Assembly (NCBI GenBank): GCA_003858585.1
Contig: RQZE01000005.1
Coordinates: forward strand, 106,883 to 138,882
Reading direction: 5' to 3'
Source: Erysipelotrichaceae bacterium OH741_COT-311
GTDB lineage: Bacteria; Bacillota_I; Bacilli_A; Erysipelotrichales; Erysipelotrichaceae
DNA: 32,000 bases
The notes under the pieces are model-generated. The model made no database searches. It was given only the letters and a program-made list of their open reading frames with translations, and was not told the DNA's origin. Shown here one piece after another: positions 18,863 to 28,254 of this stretch. How positions within the stretch are numbered: the stretch's first letter is position 1; every line of letters starts with the position of its first letter. A program made the position numbers and the translations under genes.

Positions 18863-19231
18863 CTATAATACTTCCGGTGCTAAAGACACAATTTTCATGA
18901 AGTCTTTCTCACGTAATTCTCTTGCTACAGGACCAAAAATACGAGTCCCTTTTGGTGAATTATCATCTTTAATAATTACAGCTGCATTATCATCAAACTT
19001 GATATAAGAACCGTTTTCACGTGCAATACCATATTTTGTGCGAACAACAACCGCCTTAACAACATCACCCTTTTTAACACTTCCACCTGGAGAAGCTTGT
19101 TTTACTGAACAAACAATAATATCTCCGATGTTTGCATTTCTGCGTTTAGAGCCACCTAAACATCTAATAACTAATAGTTCCTTAGCACCAGTGTTATCAG
19201 CGACTTTTAGTCTAGTTTCATTTTGAATCAT
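18863..19231 (-). CDS. rplN: 50S ribosomal protein L14
   Basis: 122 aa beginning [28 protein letters not shown]. Confidence 0.97.
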   Translation of the reverse strand: MIQNETRLKVADNTGAKELLVIRCLGGSKRRNANIGDIIVCSVKQASPGGSVKKGDVVKAVVVRTKYGIARENGSYIKFDDNAAVIIKDDNSPKGTRIFGPVARELREKDFMKIVSLAPEVL

Positions 19232-19251
19232 ATTATCACTTCCTCCTTGGC

Positions 19252-19512
19252 CTAAAGAATAACAGCTTTTTCAACGATACGAACAAGACGGAAATTCTTA
19301 TCTCTAGATAATGGACGTGTTTCCATAATTTCTACGATATCTCCAATTTTTGCCTCATTGTTTTCGTCATGAGCTTTAAATTTTTTTGAATATTTTACGC
19401 GTTTTGAATATAATGGATGGCTCTTATTTGTTGAGATCTCAACAGTGATAGTTTTGTCCATTTTATCAGAAACGACTTTACCACGTAATACTTTACGACT
19501 AGATCTTTCCAT
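19252..19512 (-). CDS. rpsQ: 30S ribosomal protein S17
   Basis: 86 aa containing [18 protein letters not shown]...[22 protein letters not shown]. Confidence 0.97.
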   Translation of the reverse strand: MERSSRKVLRGKVVSDKMDKTITVEISTNKSHPLYSKRVKYSKKFKAHDENNEAKIGDIVEIMETRPLSRDKNFRLVRIVEKAVIL

Positions 19513-19523
19513 ATAGGGCCTCC

Positions 19524-19724
19524 TTATTTCATTTCACTAAGCTCACGCTCAGTGATTACAGTTTTAATTCTAGCAATCGTCTTTTTAATTTGCTTCATAC
19601 GACTTGGGTTTTCTAATTGCCCTGTTGCTTGTTGGAAACGTAAGTTGAATAGTTCTTCTTTTAAAGTATCAATACTTTGAAGTAATTCAGCATTACTCTT
19701 ATCTCTGATTTCTTTAACCTTCAT
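19524..19724 (-). CDS. rpmC: 50S ribosomal protein L29
   Basis: 66 aa containing [20 protein letters not shown]. Confidence 0.96.
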   Translation of the reverse strand: MKVKEIRDKSNAELLQSIDTLKEELFNLRFQQATGQLENPSRMKQIKKTIARIKTVITERELSEMK

Positions 19725-20141
19725 CTATTTGCACTCACCTTTCTTATAAAACTTTGTCTTAACAGGAAGCTTATGAGAAGCTAAACGGAATGCTTCACGA
19801 GCAACTTCTTCACTAACTCCAGCAATTTCAAACATAACACGTCCCGGTTGAACAACTGCTACCCATCCTTCAGGAGCACCTTTCCCAGAACCCATACGTA
19901 CTTCTAACGGTTTTTTTGTAATAGCTAAATGCGGGAAAATTTTAATCCATACTTGACCACCACGATTCATATAACGAGTCATCGCAATACGAGCAGCTTC
20001 AATTTGTCTATTACTTACATATGCACCAGATTGTGCCACTAAACCAAATTCACCAAACGTAATTTCACGTCCAGCTTTTGATCTACCTTCATAACTCAAT
20101 CTATGAGGTCTTCTAAATTTTGTTCTATTTGGCATTAACAT
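19725..20141 (-). CDS. rplP: 50S ribosomal protein L16
   Basis: 138 aa beginning [14 protein letters not shown], with [16 protein letters not shown]. Confidence 0.97.
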   Translation of the reverse strand: MLMPNRTKFRRPHRLSYEGRSKAGREITFGEFGLVAQSGAYVSNRQIEAARIAMTRYMNRGGQVWIKIFPHLAITKKPLEVRMGSGKGAPEGWVAVVQPGRVMFEIAGVSEEVAREAFRLASHKLPVKTKFYKKGECK

Positions 20142-20144
20142 AAG

Positions 20145-20921
20145 TTAGTTACCTCCTTTTTCATCTTCAGCAACTGCTGGTTCAGCTTTTGCTGTAGCAT
20201 TAACTTTCTCTTTTCTTACTCGATCATTACGACGATTTCTACGATCTGGTTTTTGTGGAAGTTTTGCAGCTTCCGGTTCTTTCACCATTTGACCAGGAAG
20301 AACTTCTCCTCTACAAATCCAAACTTTAACACCTAATTTACCATACGTAGTAAATGCTTCAACCCAAGCATAATCGATATCAGAACGAAGCGTATGTAAA
20401 GGAACAACTCCTTCAGAATATCCTTCACCTCTAGCGATTTCCGCTCCACCTAAACGACCTGAAACAATTGTTTTAATTCCTTTTGCACCAGATCTCATTG
20501 TTTGTTGAATTGCTTTCTTTTGCACCGTTCTAAAAGATTGACGATTTTCTAATTGTTCAGCAATTCTTCTAGCAACTAAATATGCATCTAAATCAGGATT
20601 TGCAACTTCAACAACTGTTAAATTTACTGTTTTACCACCAGTCATTTTAATTAAAGCCTTCTTTAAAGCTTCAATACGTTCACCATTTGTTCCAACTAAC
20701 GCACCAGGACGAGCTGTACGGATGATGATTTCAACACGATTTTTTGAACGTTCAATTTCCACACGAGATACGTAAGCATCTTTACATTCTTTATCAATGT
20801 ATTTGCGGATCTTAACGTCTTCCATCAATAATGTCCCATAATCTTTTTCTGCGTACCATCTAGATTCCCAATCACGGATAATCCCTACGCGCATTCCAAT
20901 TGGACTTACTTTTTGACCCAT
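20145..20921 (-). CDS. rpsC: 30S ribosomal protein S3 (with extended charged C-terminal tail)
   Basis: 258 aa beginning [24 protein letters not shown], with a KH domain. A tail of about 49 aa follows GEVLPG. Confidence 0.97.
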   Translation of the reverse strand: MGQKVSPIGMRVGIIRDWESRWYAEKDYGTLLMEDVKIRKYIDKECKDAYVSRVEIERSKNRVEIIIRTARPGALVGTNGERIEALKKALIKMTGGKTVNLTVVEVANPDLDAYLVARRIAEQLENRQSFRTVQKKAIQQTMRSGAKGIKTIVSGRLGGAEIARGEGYSEGVVPLHTLRSDIDYAWVEAFTTYGKLGVKVWICRGEVLPGQMVKEPEAAKLPQKPDRRNRRNDRVRKEKVNATAKAEPAVAEDEKGGN

Positions 20922-20938
20922 CTTTTACGACCCCTTTC

Positions 20939-21271
20939 CTATCTTTCTGCCACAACAACTGTGATGTGGCTTGTGCGTTTTAAAATTTGTGATGCATTCC
21001 CTTTTGCACGAGGCATAAAGCGTTTCATTGTTACACCTTCATCCGCATAACAAGCTTTTACGTATAATTTTGATGCATCTAAACTATGATTATTTGTAGC
21101 ATTTGCTACAGCTGATTTAAGTACTTTACCAACTTCTACAGCAGCATGATTTGGAGTGAACTTAAGAATTGCAGACGCTTGTGCAGCATCTTTCCCTCTA
21201 ATTAAGTCCAATACAAGTCTTACTTTTCTAGGAGCGATACGCACTGTTTTAGCAGTTGACTTTACTTCCAT
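20939..21271 (-). CDS. rplV: 50S ribosomal protein L22
   Basis: 110 aa containing [18 protein letters not shown]. Confidence 0.97.
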   Translation of the reverse strand: MEVKSTAKTVRIAPRKVRLVLDLIRGKDAAQASAILKFTPNHAAVEVGKVLKSAVANATNNHSLDASKLYVKACYADEGVTMKRFMPRAKGNASQILKRTSHITVVVAER

Positions 21272-21283
21272 GTTTATATCCTC

Positions 21284-21553
21284 CTATCCTTTCTTATCAT
21301 CGCCATGCCCACCATTTTTACGTGTAGGCACGAATTCTCCAAGTTTATGACCAACCATATCTTCTGTTACATAAACCGGAACATGTTCTTTACCGTTATA
21401 AACTGCAAATGTGTGTTCAACGAAATCAGGGAAAATTGTTGAACGACGAGACCATGTCTTAATTACTTCTTTTTTACCAGATTCATTTAACTTTTCCACT
21501 TTTTTCATTAAGTGGTCATCGCAAAATGGACCTTTTTTCAAACTACGTGTCAT
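21284..21553 (-). CDS. rpsS: 30S ribosomal protein S19
   Basis: 89 aa beginning [15 protein letters not shown], with [11 protein letters not shown]. Confidence 0.97.
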   Translation of the reverse strand: MTRSLKKGPFCDDHLMKKVEKLNESGKKEVIKTWSRRSTIFPDFVEHTFAVYNGKEHVPVYVTEDMVGHKLGEFVPTRKNGGHGDDKKG

Positions 21554-21572
21554 CTATATTTCCTTCCTTTCG

Positions 21573-22406
21573 TTATTTACTATTACGTCTACGTACGATT
21601 AATTGCGTAGAAGCTTTCTTTGTCTTACGAGTCTTAACACCCATAGCCTTTTTACCCCAAGGTGTCATTGGAGACTTACGTCCGATTGGTGTACGACCTT
21701 CACCACCACCATGAGGGTGATCATTAGGGTTCATTACCGAACCTCTAACTGTAGGACGGATGCCTAACCAACGAGATCTACCAGCTTTACCTAAGTTTAC
21801 TAAGCTATGGTCTTCATTACCAACTGTACCGATTGTTGCACGGCAATTAGCTAAGATTTTTCTAACTTCACCTGAAGCTAAACGAATAATTACATATTTA
21901 TTTTCAATCCCTAAAATCTGAGCAGAAACACCAGCTGATCTAGCAAGTTGTCCACCCTTACCAGGTTTTAACTCAACATTATGAATGAATGTACCTTCAG
22001 GCATATTCTTCATTTCTAAAGCATTACCAACCTTAATGTCAGCACTTTCTCCAGAAATAACTGTTTGTCCAACAGTTAAACCCTTTGGAGCTAAAATGTA
22101 TCTCTTTTCACCATCTGCATAGTTTAACAATGCAATGTTTGCTGAACGATTTGGATCGTATTCAATTGTCGCAACTTTAGCAGGAATATTATCCTTATTA
22201 CGCTTAAAGTCAATGATACGATATAGTTGTTTGTGTCCGCCACCGTGATGACGTGTTGTAATTTTACCAGTATTATTACGACCACCTGATTTAGAGAATG
22301 AAACAGTTAAACTTTTTTCTGGCTTTACAGCTGTGATTTCACTAAAAGTTAATCCTGACATCCCACGACGACCAGGTGTCGTTGGTTTATATTTCTTAAT
22401 CGCCAC
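21573..22406 (-). CDS. rplB: 50S ribosomal protein L2
   Basis: 277 aa beginning [15 protein letters not shown], with [17 protein letters not shown] start at 22406-22404, with AAGGAGG upstream. Confidence 0.97.
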   Translation of the reverse strand: MAIKKYKPTTPGRRGMSGLTFSEITAVKPEKSLTVSFSKSGGRNNTGKITTRHHGGGHKQLYRIIDFKRNKDNIPAKVATIEYDPNRSANIALLNYADGEKRYILAPKGLTVGQTVISGESADIKVGNALEMKNMPEGTFIHNVELKPGKGGQLARSAGVSAQILGIENKYVIIRLASGEVRKILANCRATIGTVGNEDHSLVNLGKAGRSRWLGIRPTVRGSVMNPNDHPHGGGEGRTPIGRKSPMTPWGKKAMGVKTRKTKKASTQLIVRRRNSK

Positions 22407-22467
22407 TGATTAATTCCTCCTTATGCATTTTTCCGGAAATAGCATATTTCTTCCGATAATTCACTAA

Positions 22468-22755
22468 TTAATCTTTAAATAGATTAATATCTTGTCCTTC
22501 AGGCAATTTAACAACTGCTTTTCTAACCGCACTTGTTTTACCAACATATTTACCTACACGTTTTGTCTTAGGACGAATATTTAAAATGTTTACTTTTTCA
22601 ACTTTAACATTGAAAATCTCTTCAATAGCTTGACGAACTTGCGTTTTATTTGTTCCCTTCGCTACTTCAAATGTAATTTTATTATCTGCATCCATTAGTT
22701 TCATTGTCTTTTCAGTAATGATTGGACGAATAATAATATCTCTAGCGTTACTCAT
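22468..22755 (-). CDS. rplW: 50S ribosomal protein L23
   Basis: 95 aa containing [15 protein letters not shown]...[26 protein letters not shown]. Confidence 0.97.
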   Translation of the reverse strand: MSNARDIIIRPIITEKTMKLMDADNKITFEVAKGTNKTQVRQAIEEIFNVKVEKVNILNIRPKTKRVGKYVGKTSAVRKAVVKLPEGQDINLFKD

Positions 22756-23384
22756 TATGCAAATACCTCCCCAGCTTTTGTAGCTGCAGCTTCCGTTAAT
22801 ACTAACTTATCTGCATTTGCAACATCGTAAACATTTAATGATTCCACTGTTACCATCAATACATTTGGTAAGTTTCTCATTGATAAGTATGCATTTTCAA
22901 AATCTTCTTGCACATCTACTACAAATAATGTTTTACGATCAAACTTAAATGCATTCATAACCTTAACAAACTCTTTTGTTTTAACTGCATCCATTTTTAG
23001 TGAATTAATCACTACTGTTTCATTGTTTAACACTTTTTCAGATAAGATTGATTTTAATGCTAAACGACGAACTTTACGATTTAATTTATAAGCATAGCTT
23101 CTAGGTGTAGGACCAAATGCAATCCCACCTCCACGCCATTGAGTAGCACGGATTGACCCTTGTCTTGCTCTACCTGTACCTTTTTGGCGGAATGGCTTTT
23201 TACCACCACCGCTTACTTCACTACGAGTTTTTGTTTTATGTGTACCTTGACGAAGGCTTGCTTGTTGCATCAGCACCGCATCGAAGATCGCTTGTTGGTT
23301 TGGTTCAATCCCAAACACTGCATCTGAAAGTTCAATCGTACCAACTTCCTTAGCTTCTAAATTATAAACATTTAACTTAGCCAT
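22755..23384 (-). CDS. rplD: 50S ribosomal protein L4
   Basis: 209 aa containing [30 protein letters not shown]. Confidence 0.97.
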   Translation of the reverse strand: MAKLNVYNLEAKEVGTIELSDAVFGIEPNQQAIFDAVLMQQASLRQGTHKTKTRSEVSGGGKKPFRQKGTGRARQGSIRATQWRGGGIAFGPTPRSYAYKLNRKVRRLALKSILSEKVLNNETVVINSLKMDAVKTKEFVKVMNAFKFDRKTLFVVDVQEDFENAYLSMRNLPNVLMVTVESLNVYDVANADKLVLTEAAATKAGEVFA

Positions 23385-23387
23385 CGA

Positions 23388-24065
23388 TTAAGCCTCCTTA
23401 CTATGTGAAAGTAAAACTTTAGGTTCTACATGTTTTACTTTTTTAACTGTTGTCTTAATTACAAGTAATCCACGTTTAGGTCCCGGAACATTACCTTTAA
23501 TTAACATATAGTTCTTTTCAGCATCCACTTTAATAATTTCTAAATTTTGATTTGTCACTTTTAAGAAACCTTCATGACCAGCCATCGCAGTCCCTTTGTT
23601 GATTACACCATTGTTACGCCCAATTGTCGCTAATGAACCAATGTGTCTGTGATGTCCTGAACCATGTGATTTAGGTCCAATTGTCGCATTGTTGCGATAA
23701 ACGGTACCCATGTAGCCCTTACCTTTACTTACGCCTGTAACATCTACAATGTCACCAGCGGAAAAGATATCAACATTTACTAAGCTACCTACTTCAAGAT
23801 CACTCATACCATTTCCACGAATTTCTCTAATAAAGCGTTTTGCAACAGTATTTGCTTTCTTTGCATGTCCAACTTCCGGTTTGTTTGCAGCCTTTTCACT
23901 TAAATCTTCATAACCTAATTGAACAGCCTCATAACCATCGTTTTCGATTGTTTTCTTTTGCATAACAACATTTGGTTCTACTTCAACAACAGTAACCGGA
24001 ATTAATTTCCCTTCTGCCGTAAACACTTGTGTCATGCCAAGCTTTCTTCCTAATAATCCTTTCAT
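23388..24065 (-). CDS. rplC: 50S ribosomal protein L3
   Basis: 225 aa beginning MKGLLGRKLGMTQVF, with VTGVSKGKGYMG. Confidence 0.97.
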   Translation of the reverse strand: MKGLLGRKLGMTQVFTAEGKLIPVTVVEVEPNVVMQKKTIENDGYEAVQLGYEDLSEKAANKPEVGHAKKANTVAKRFIREIRGNGMSDLEVGSLVNVDIFSAGDIVDVTGVSKGKGYMGTVYRNNATIGPKSHGSGHHRHIGSLATIGRNNGVINKGTAMAGHEGFLKVTNQNLEIIKVDAEKNYMLIKGNVPGPKRGLLVIKTTVKKVKHVEPKVLLSHSKEA

Positions 24066-24081
24066 GATGTCACCTTTCTAA

Positions 24082-24393
24082 CTACAGCTTAATTTCGATA
24101 TCAACACCACTTGCAAGTTCAAGACGGCTTAATGCTTCAATTGTCTCTGCACTTGGTCCGATAATCTCAATTAAACGTTTGTGAGTTCTCATTTCAAATT
24201 GTTCACGTGAATCTTTGTACTTGTGTACCGCACGTAAGATTGTTACCACTTGTTTTTCAGTTGGAAGTGGAACCGGTCCAACAACTTTTTTCGCACCGTG
24301 ATCTTTTGCTGCTTTTACAATTTTCTCACTAGCAGCATCTAATGATCTGTGCTCATAAGCTTTTAAGCGAATTTTTACGCTATTTTTTGCCAT
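24082..24393 (-). CDS. rpsJ: 30S ribosomal protein S10
   Basis: 103 aa containing [12 protein letters not shown]...[16 protein letters not shown]. It is the first gene of the cluster. Confidence 0.97.
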   Translation of the reverse strand: MAKNSVKIRLKAYEHRSLDAASEKIVKAAKDHGAKKVVGPVPLPTEKQVVTILRAVHKYKDSREQFEMRTHKRLIEIIGPSAETIEALSRLELASGVDIEIKL

Positions 24394-24516
24394 GAAATAT
24401 TTCCTCCTTCATTTCACTTAACCTTACGGTTAACTCGCTCCGTCGAAATTCCCCGGTTATCACACTTATGACAACGCATTCTAGCGTGCCGGCAACCTCC
24501 CACATCAACGCGATGC
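24394..24516 (-). promoter_or_regulatory. About 120-nt 5' leader of the S10 operon, visibly more GC-rich than its flanks and probably structured
   Basis: Lies between the predicted -10 (24523-24528) and the rpsJ ATG. It contains a perfect hairpin TTAACC-GTAA-GGTTAA (24418-24433, GNRA-type loop on the minus strand) just 5' of the SD GAAGGAGG. Further candidate stems occur around GGCACGC/GCGUUGUC. Confidence 0.5.
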
Positions 24517-24522
24517 TGTAAC

Positions 24523-24551
24523 ATTATAATAAATATAAAACATAAATGCAA
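24523..24551 (-). promoter_or_regulatory. SigA-type promoter of the S10-spc-alpha cluster
   Basis: Minus strand reads TTGCAT (24551-24546), a 17-nt spacer, then TATAAT (24528-24523). An A/T-rich UP-like region lies upstream. Confidence 0.65.
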
Positions 24552-24693
24552 TAGTTTTTTTAAAATAATTTCATAAAAATGCGATATTTATACATATTTT
24601 CAGCTTGATTAAGACAACGCTTATTTGTGTTTCGTTTTTAGCGGTTCTTTTCTCAAAAAAAATATCTGTTGTTTTTTCCTTCTTCCTTTCTTT

Positions 24694-24737
24694 AAAAAAG
24701 AAAAAAGAACTTTTATACCTAGTATATTAAAGTTCTT
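24694..24737 (-). terminator. Rho-independent terminator of the ecf-truA operon
   Basis: Outer stem AAGAACTT (24705-24712) / AAGTTCTT (24730-24737), with an inner TATAC/GTATA stem. On the minus strand it is followed by TTTTTCTTTTTT. The 5' arm includes the truA stop codon. Confidence 0.6.
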
Positions 24738-25491
24738 CTATACGATATTCTTCAAAATCGTCATATTCAACCTTTTCAAGATACAATCCATAAGCCTTTG
24801 CATTCCATCGACAAGCCTCTTTGTCCCTAGATTCTAACATATATTGGATAAATTCCTTATCAATGCGACCTCTTGCAGCCTCAATGAGTGTTCCTACAAT
24901 CATACGAATCATATATCTTAAAAATCCCTTACCAACAAATGCAATCTTTACAAAATGCCCATCTTTTATAAATGTGATCGAATCAATTCTACGCACCTGA
25001 TTGGGATGCGTCGTATAACTGTTACCACAAAAAGCACCAAAGTCATGGCGCCCTAAAAATAACTTGGCACACTCTTGCATATACGCAAGATCTAAAGGAT
25101 AACGACATTGAAACGCTAAATCCTTACTAAAAACATCATAGGGTCCCACATTTATTAAATAATAATAATGCTTACGACTTACACAGAAACGTGCATGAAA
25201 ATCATCTTTCACTTTACAAATATCTAAGACATAGATATCATCGGGAAGGTTTCCATTGATTGCCTTCATTAAATAATTAGAGCTATATGTAGTTTGACAA
25301 TCAAAGTGAAAACACTGTCCCTTGGCATGGACCAAGGCATCTGTGCGTCCGCTAGATACAACGATAATCGTTTGATTTAAAATGGACGATAACGTATCTT
25401 CAATGACTTCCTGCACGGAAATGCCATTGGATTGTCTTTGCCAACCTACGTAGTTGATACCTAAATAACTAACAGTAACACAATATCTCAT
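24727..25491 (-). CDS. truA: tRNA pseudouridine(38-40) synthase TruA
   Basis: Contains MRYCVTVSYLGINYVGWQRQ...SSGRTDALVHAKGQ (catalytic Asp motif). I call the start at ATG 25491, which forms an ATGA overlap with the ecfT stop. The 15 extra codons in the ORF track are not TruA-like. Confidence 0.92.
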   Translation of the reverse strand: MRYCVTVSYLGINYVGWQRQSNGISVQEVIEDTLSSILNQTIIVVSSGRTDALVHAKGQCFHFDCQTTYSSNYLMKAINGNLPDDIYVLDICKVKDDFHARFCVSRKHYYYLINVGPYDVFSKDLAFQCRYPLDLAYMQECAKLFLGRHDFGAFCGNSYTTHPNQVRRIDSITFIKDGHFVKIAFVGKGFLRYMIRMIVGTLIEAARGRIDKEFIQYMLESRDKEACRWNAKAYGLYLEKVEYDDFEEYRIEEL

Positions 25492-26288
25492 AGCACTTGA
25501 CCAACTACAATCAATACTACAATCATAAATGCACAAACACCTAACAGACTATAATCCATTGCTTTCATCTTTAATTGTTTATAACGACTACGCTTTGCCC
25601 CGGGAATATATCCCTTTGCCTCCATGGCATTTGCTAAATCTCCAGCACGTTGTATCGCTGTGACAAACAAAGGAACAATCAAAGATAAAATCGCAATAAT
25701 CTTCTCTTTTAATTTTCCTTCTTCTAAATCTACTCCACGACTTGCCTGTGCCTTCATAATGCGCTGTGTTTCTTCAATTAAAGTTGGAATAAAACGCAAT
25801 GCAATCGAAATCATCATCGCAATCTCATGTGCCGGAACTTTAATGACTTTAAAAGGTGTTAACAAATCTTCAATCGCTAAGGTTAAATCCAACGGCTTTG
25901 TTGTTGCGGTTAAGATAGTTGTAACAGTAATCATCAACAACAAACGCACCATAATATATAACGTTTGAAAAAGTGCATCATCATAAATTGTAAGCCATTT
26001 AAACTCAACTAAGACCTTACCTGTTTTAATTTCTAATACATTAATTACAAACAAGAACATCATCATAAACCACATAGGCTTAAATGCCTTGATGATGGAC
26101 TTTATTTTAATCTTAGAAAGCATTAAACCGGTAAAAGCAAATATTGCAATGAGCAAATATCCCAAAAATCCTGCAGGAATAAAAATCGCAACCATAATCA
26201 TTAACATCATTAAAATCTTAGCTCTGGGATCTAAACGATGAACAATTGTATTATAGGGAAGATATTTACCTAAAATTAAACTATCCAT
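25488..26288 (-). CDS. ecfT: Energy-coupling factor transporter transmembrane subunit EcfT
   Basis: 266 aa polytopic protein with HRLDPRAK at the N-terminus and AxxxRG coupling-helix motifs (MKAQASRG, MEAKG). It follows two EcfA ATPases. Confidence 0.92.
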   Translation of the reverse strand: MDSLILGKYLPYNTIVHRLDPRAKILMMLMIMVAIFIPAGFLGYLLIAIFAFTGLMLSKIKIKSIIKAFKPMWFMMMFLFVINVLEIKTGKVLVEFKWLTIYDDALFQTLYIMVRLLLMITVTTILTATTKPLDLTLAIEDLLTPFKVIKVPAHEIAMMISIALRFIPTLIEETQRIMKAQASRGVDLEEGKLKEKIIAILSLIVPLFVTAIQRAGDLANAMEAKGYIPGAKRSRYKQLKMKAMDYSLLGVCAFMIVVLIVVGQVL

Positions 26289-26289
26289 T

Positions 26290-27135
26290 TTATAAAACCA
26301 CCTTTACTATGGCATTTGCTAACGATTGAATATCTTCTACCTTTTCATCAATTGAAAATCCGCAAGCATTTAATTCCTCTTTAAATCGAATAACACTTGG
26401 AGGTAAAATATTTAACTCTTTTAAGAAAGAAGTATCTTTAAAAAAATCTGATACGAGATACTTACCACGAACTCTACCTTTGTCCATGACAACCACTTCA
26501 TCGCAATAATTTAATACATGCTCCATATCATGTGTAACAATGATAATTGTCTTCTTCATTGTTTGATTAATGGATTGAAATAAATTCATCATATCTTTAG
26601 CACCTTTAGGATCAAGACCCGCAGTTGGCTCATCCAGCACCAATACATCCGGATCCATAGCTAAAATACCGGCAATAGCCACACGACGTTTTTGTCCACC
26701 AGATAAATCCAACGGACTTTTCTGTTTAATGTTTGGGTCTAAAGATACCAACTTTAAACAATCCAATGCACGTTTTTCAGCATCTTCCATATTAAAATTC
26801 TTAGGTCCGAAACAAATATCTTTCTCTACTGTTTCTTCAAATAATTGATACTCCGGAAATTGAAAAACTAACCCTACCTTTTTTCTTAAATCCTTTAGTT
26901 TCTTAGGTTTTTCCAGGCTGGAGATCATACGTTCAAATACGGTAACTGTTCCACCGGTAGGAATCAACAAGGCATTTAAATGTTGCACCAAAGTGCTTTT
27001 TCCACTCCCTGTTGCACCAATAATAGCTGTTATTTTATTTGGTGTAATATCTAAATCAATTTCCTTTAAAGCAACATATTTAAAAGGTGTATTCAATGAA
27101 TATGTATAATTTACTTTTTCAAATTTAATCGACAT
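26290..27135 (-). CDS. ecfA2: Energy-coupling factor transporter ATPase EcfA2
   Basis: 281 aa with Walker A GATGSGKST, signature LSGGQKRRVAIAGILA and Walker B VLVLDEPTAGLDP. Confidence 0.92.
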   Translation of the reverse strand: MSIKFEKVNYTYSLNTPFKYVALKEIDLDITPNKITAIIGATGSGKSTLVQHLNALLIPTGGTVTVFERMISSLEKPKKLKDLRKKVGLVFQFPEYQLFEETVEKDICFGPKNFNMEDAEKRALDCLKLVSLDPNIKQKSPLDLSGGQKRRVAIAGILAMDPDVLVLDEPTAGLDPKGAKDMMNLFQSINQTMKKTIIIVTHDMEHVLNYCDEVVVMDKGRVRGKYLVSDFFKDTSFLKELNILPPSVIRFKEELNACGFSIDEKVEDIQSLANAIVKVVL

Positions 27136-27938
27136 AATTCTTCTTTCAACCTTTCTGTATCTATTGTCACAGGAATTTCAACACCCTTTTTCTTTAATAA
27201 GTAACATAACTTCACCGCAAAAGGAACATCTAACTGCATACTTGTTAAAAATTCTTCATCCAATAATATTTCACTGGGTTTGCCCACCTTAGCTACTTTA
27301 CCTTGATTCATAACAATGACATAATCACTCTTTGTAACCTCTTCAATATCATGAGTAATAGATATAATCGTTAAATTTTGATCCTTATGTAGTTGACGAA
27401 TAACTTTATTAATATCCTCTTTCCCTTGTGGATCTAACATACTTGTACTTTCATCAAAAATAATAATTTCCGGTTGCATTGCTAAAACACCTGCAATAGC
27501 TACACGTTGCTTTTGCCCTCCGGATAACTTTGTTGGTTCACTATCTAAATATGCTTCCATATTCACCTTTGATGCATAATTAACAATGATTTCTTCCATA
27601 TCTTGTGGATTTACACAGCGATTTTCTAAACCAAAAGCAATATCATCTCTTACCGTAGATCCTATGAATTGATTATCCGGATTTTGAAATACAATTCCAA
27701 CTTTATTTCTGATTGCATTTATCGTTTCCAAACTTAACAATAAATCATCAATATAAATCTCTCCAGATTCCAATTCCAATAAACCCACTAATAGCTTTGC
27801 AATTGTACTTTTACCAGATCCATTATGCCCAATAATAGTTGTATAACTTCCTTTTGGTATACCAAAAGAAACATCATTTACCGCATGACTTTCACTATCA
27901 TAATGAAAATGTAAATTTTTCACTTCAATAAATTCCAT
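27111..27938 (-). CDS. ecfA1: Energy-coupling factor transporter ATPase EcfA1
   Basis: 275 aa with Walker A GHNGSGKST, signature LSGGQKQRVAIAGVLA and IIIFDESTSMLDP. It overlaps ecfA2 by 25 nt. Confidence 0.92.
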   Translation of the reverse strand: MEFIEVKNLHFHYDSESHAVNDVSFGIPKGSYTTIIGHNGSGKSTIAKLLVGLLELESGEIYIDDLLLSLETINAIRNKVGIVFQNPDNQFIGSTVRDDIAFGLENRCVNPQDMEEIIVNYASKVNMEAYLDSEPTKLSGGQKQRVAIAGVLAMQPEIIIFDESTSMLDPQGKEDINKVIRQLHKDQNLTIISITHDIEEVTKSDYVIVMNQGKVAKVGKPSEILLDEEFLTSMQLDVPFAVKLCYLLKKKGVEIPVTIDTERLKEELCRLNLKK

Positions 27939-27962
27939 ATAACACCTTTTCTAAGCCAATTC

Positions 27963-27991
27963 ATTATACAACAACATTAAGACACTGACAA
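27963..27991 (-). promoter_or_regulatory. SigA-type promoter of ecfA1-ecfA2-ecfT-truA
   Basis: Minus strand reads TTGTCA (27991-27986), a 17-nt spacer, then TATAAT (27968-27963). It lies about 25 nt upstream of the ecfA1 ATG. Confidence 0.6.
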
Positions 27992-28254
27992 ATATAAAAC
28001 AATATGCCCTGATTTATAAACCATTTTTATATGACATATTTATTCGTAAGACAATAATAGAATTCATGTATTTGTACACTCCTATATTTATAATCAAACC
28101 TTTATCTTTTATAATTTAGCATCTCTTTCTACATAAAAACATGTCTATTCCTACGAATCTACTTTATTCATTAATTCATAAGATACGACATGTTTGACAT
28201 ACAACGATTTGTTAAAACAACTAATTAATATGAAATAACCTTCTGTTTAATATA

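Noticed and set aside
1464-23353. Short plus-strand ORFs antisense to conserved genes (1464-1652, 6405-6605, 11909-12100, 15305-15487, 15721-15951, 18804-19007, 19038-19226, 21156-21350, 21411-21602, 21526-21714, 23153-23353)
   Set aside because: Each lies wholly inside a highly conserved minus-strand gene. Their composition is low-complexity or odd, none has an SD, and they are the expected by-product of AT-rich codon usage on the opposite strand.
24394-24414. Tiny upstream ORF (ATGAAGGAGGAAATATTTCATGGC...) in the S10 leader
   Set aside because: The ATG is part of the sequence containing the rpsJ Shine-Dalgarno itself. It is out of frame and has no SD of its own, so it is most simply coincidental.
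24625-24837. 70-aa plus-strand ORF (MCFVFSGSFLKKNICCFFLL...)
   Set aside because: It runs through the truA terminator and A/T tracts and into the antisense of truA. Its product is Phe/Leu/Lys low-complexity sequence from T-runs, and it has no SD.
25492-25536. 15-codon extension at the truA N-terminus (MCIYDCSIDCSWSSA)
   Set aside because: TruA proteins start at the MRY..V.Y.G..Y.GWQ motif. The ATG at 25491 forms a typical ATGA overlap with the ecfT stop, and the extension lies within ecfT coding sequence.
25624-25968. 114-aa plus-strand ORF antisense to ecfT
   Set aside because: It lies entirely within the well-supported ecfT gene and has no recognisable motifs, SD or promoter.
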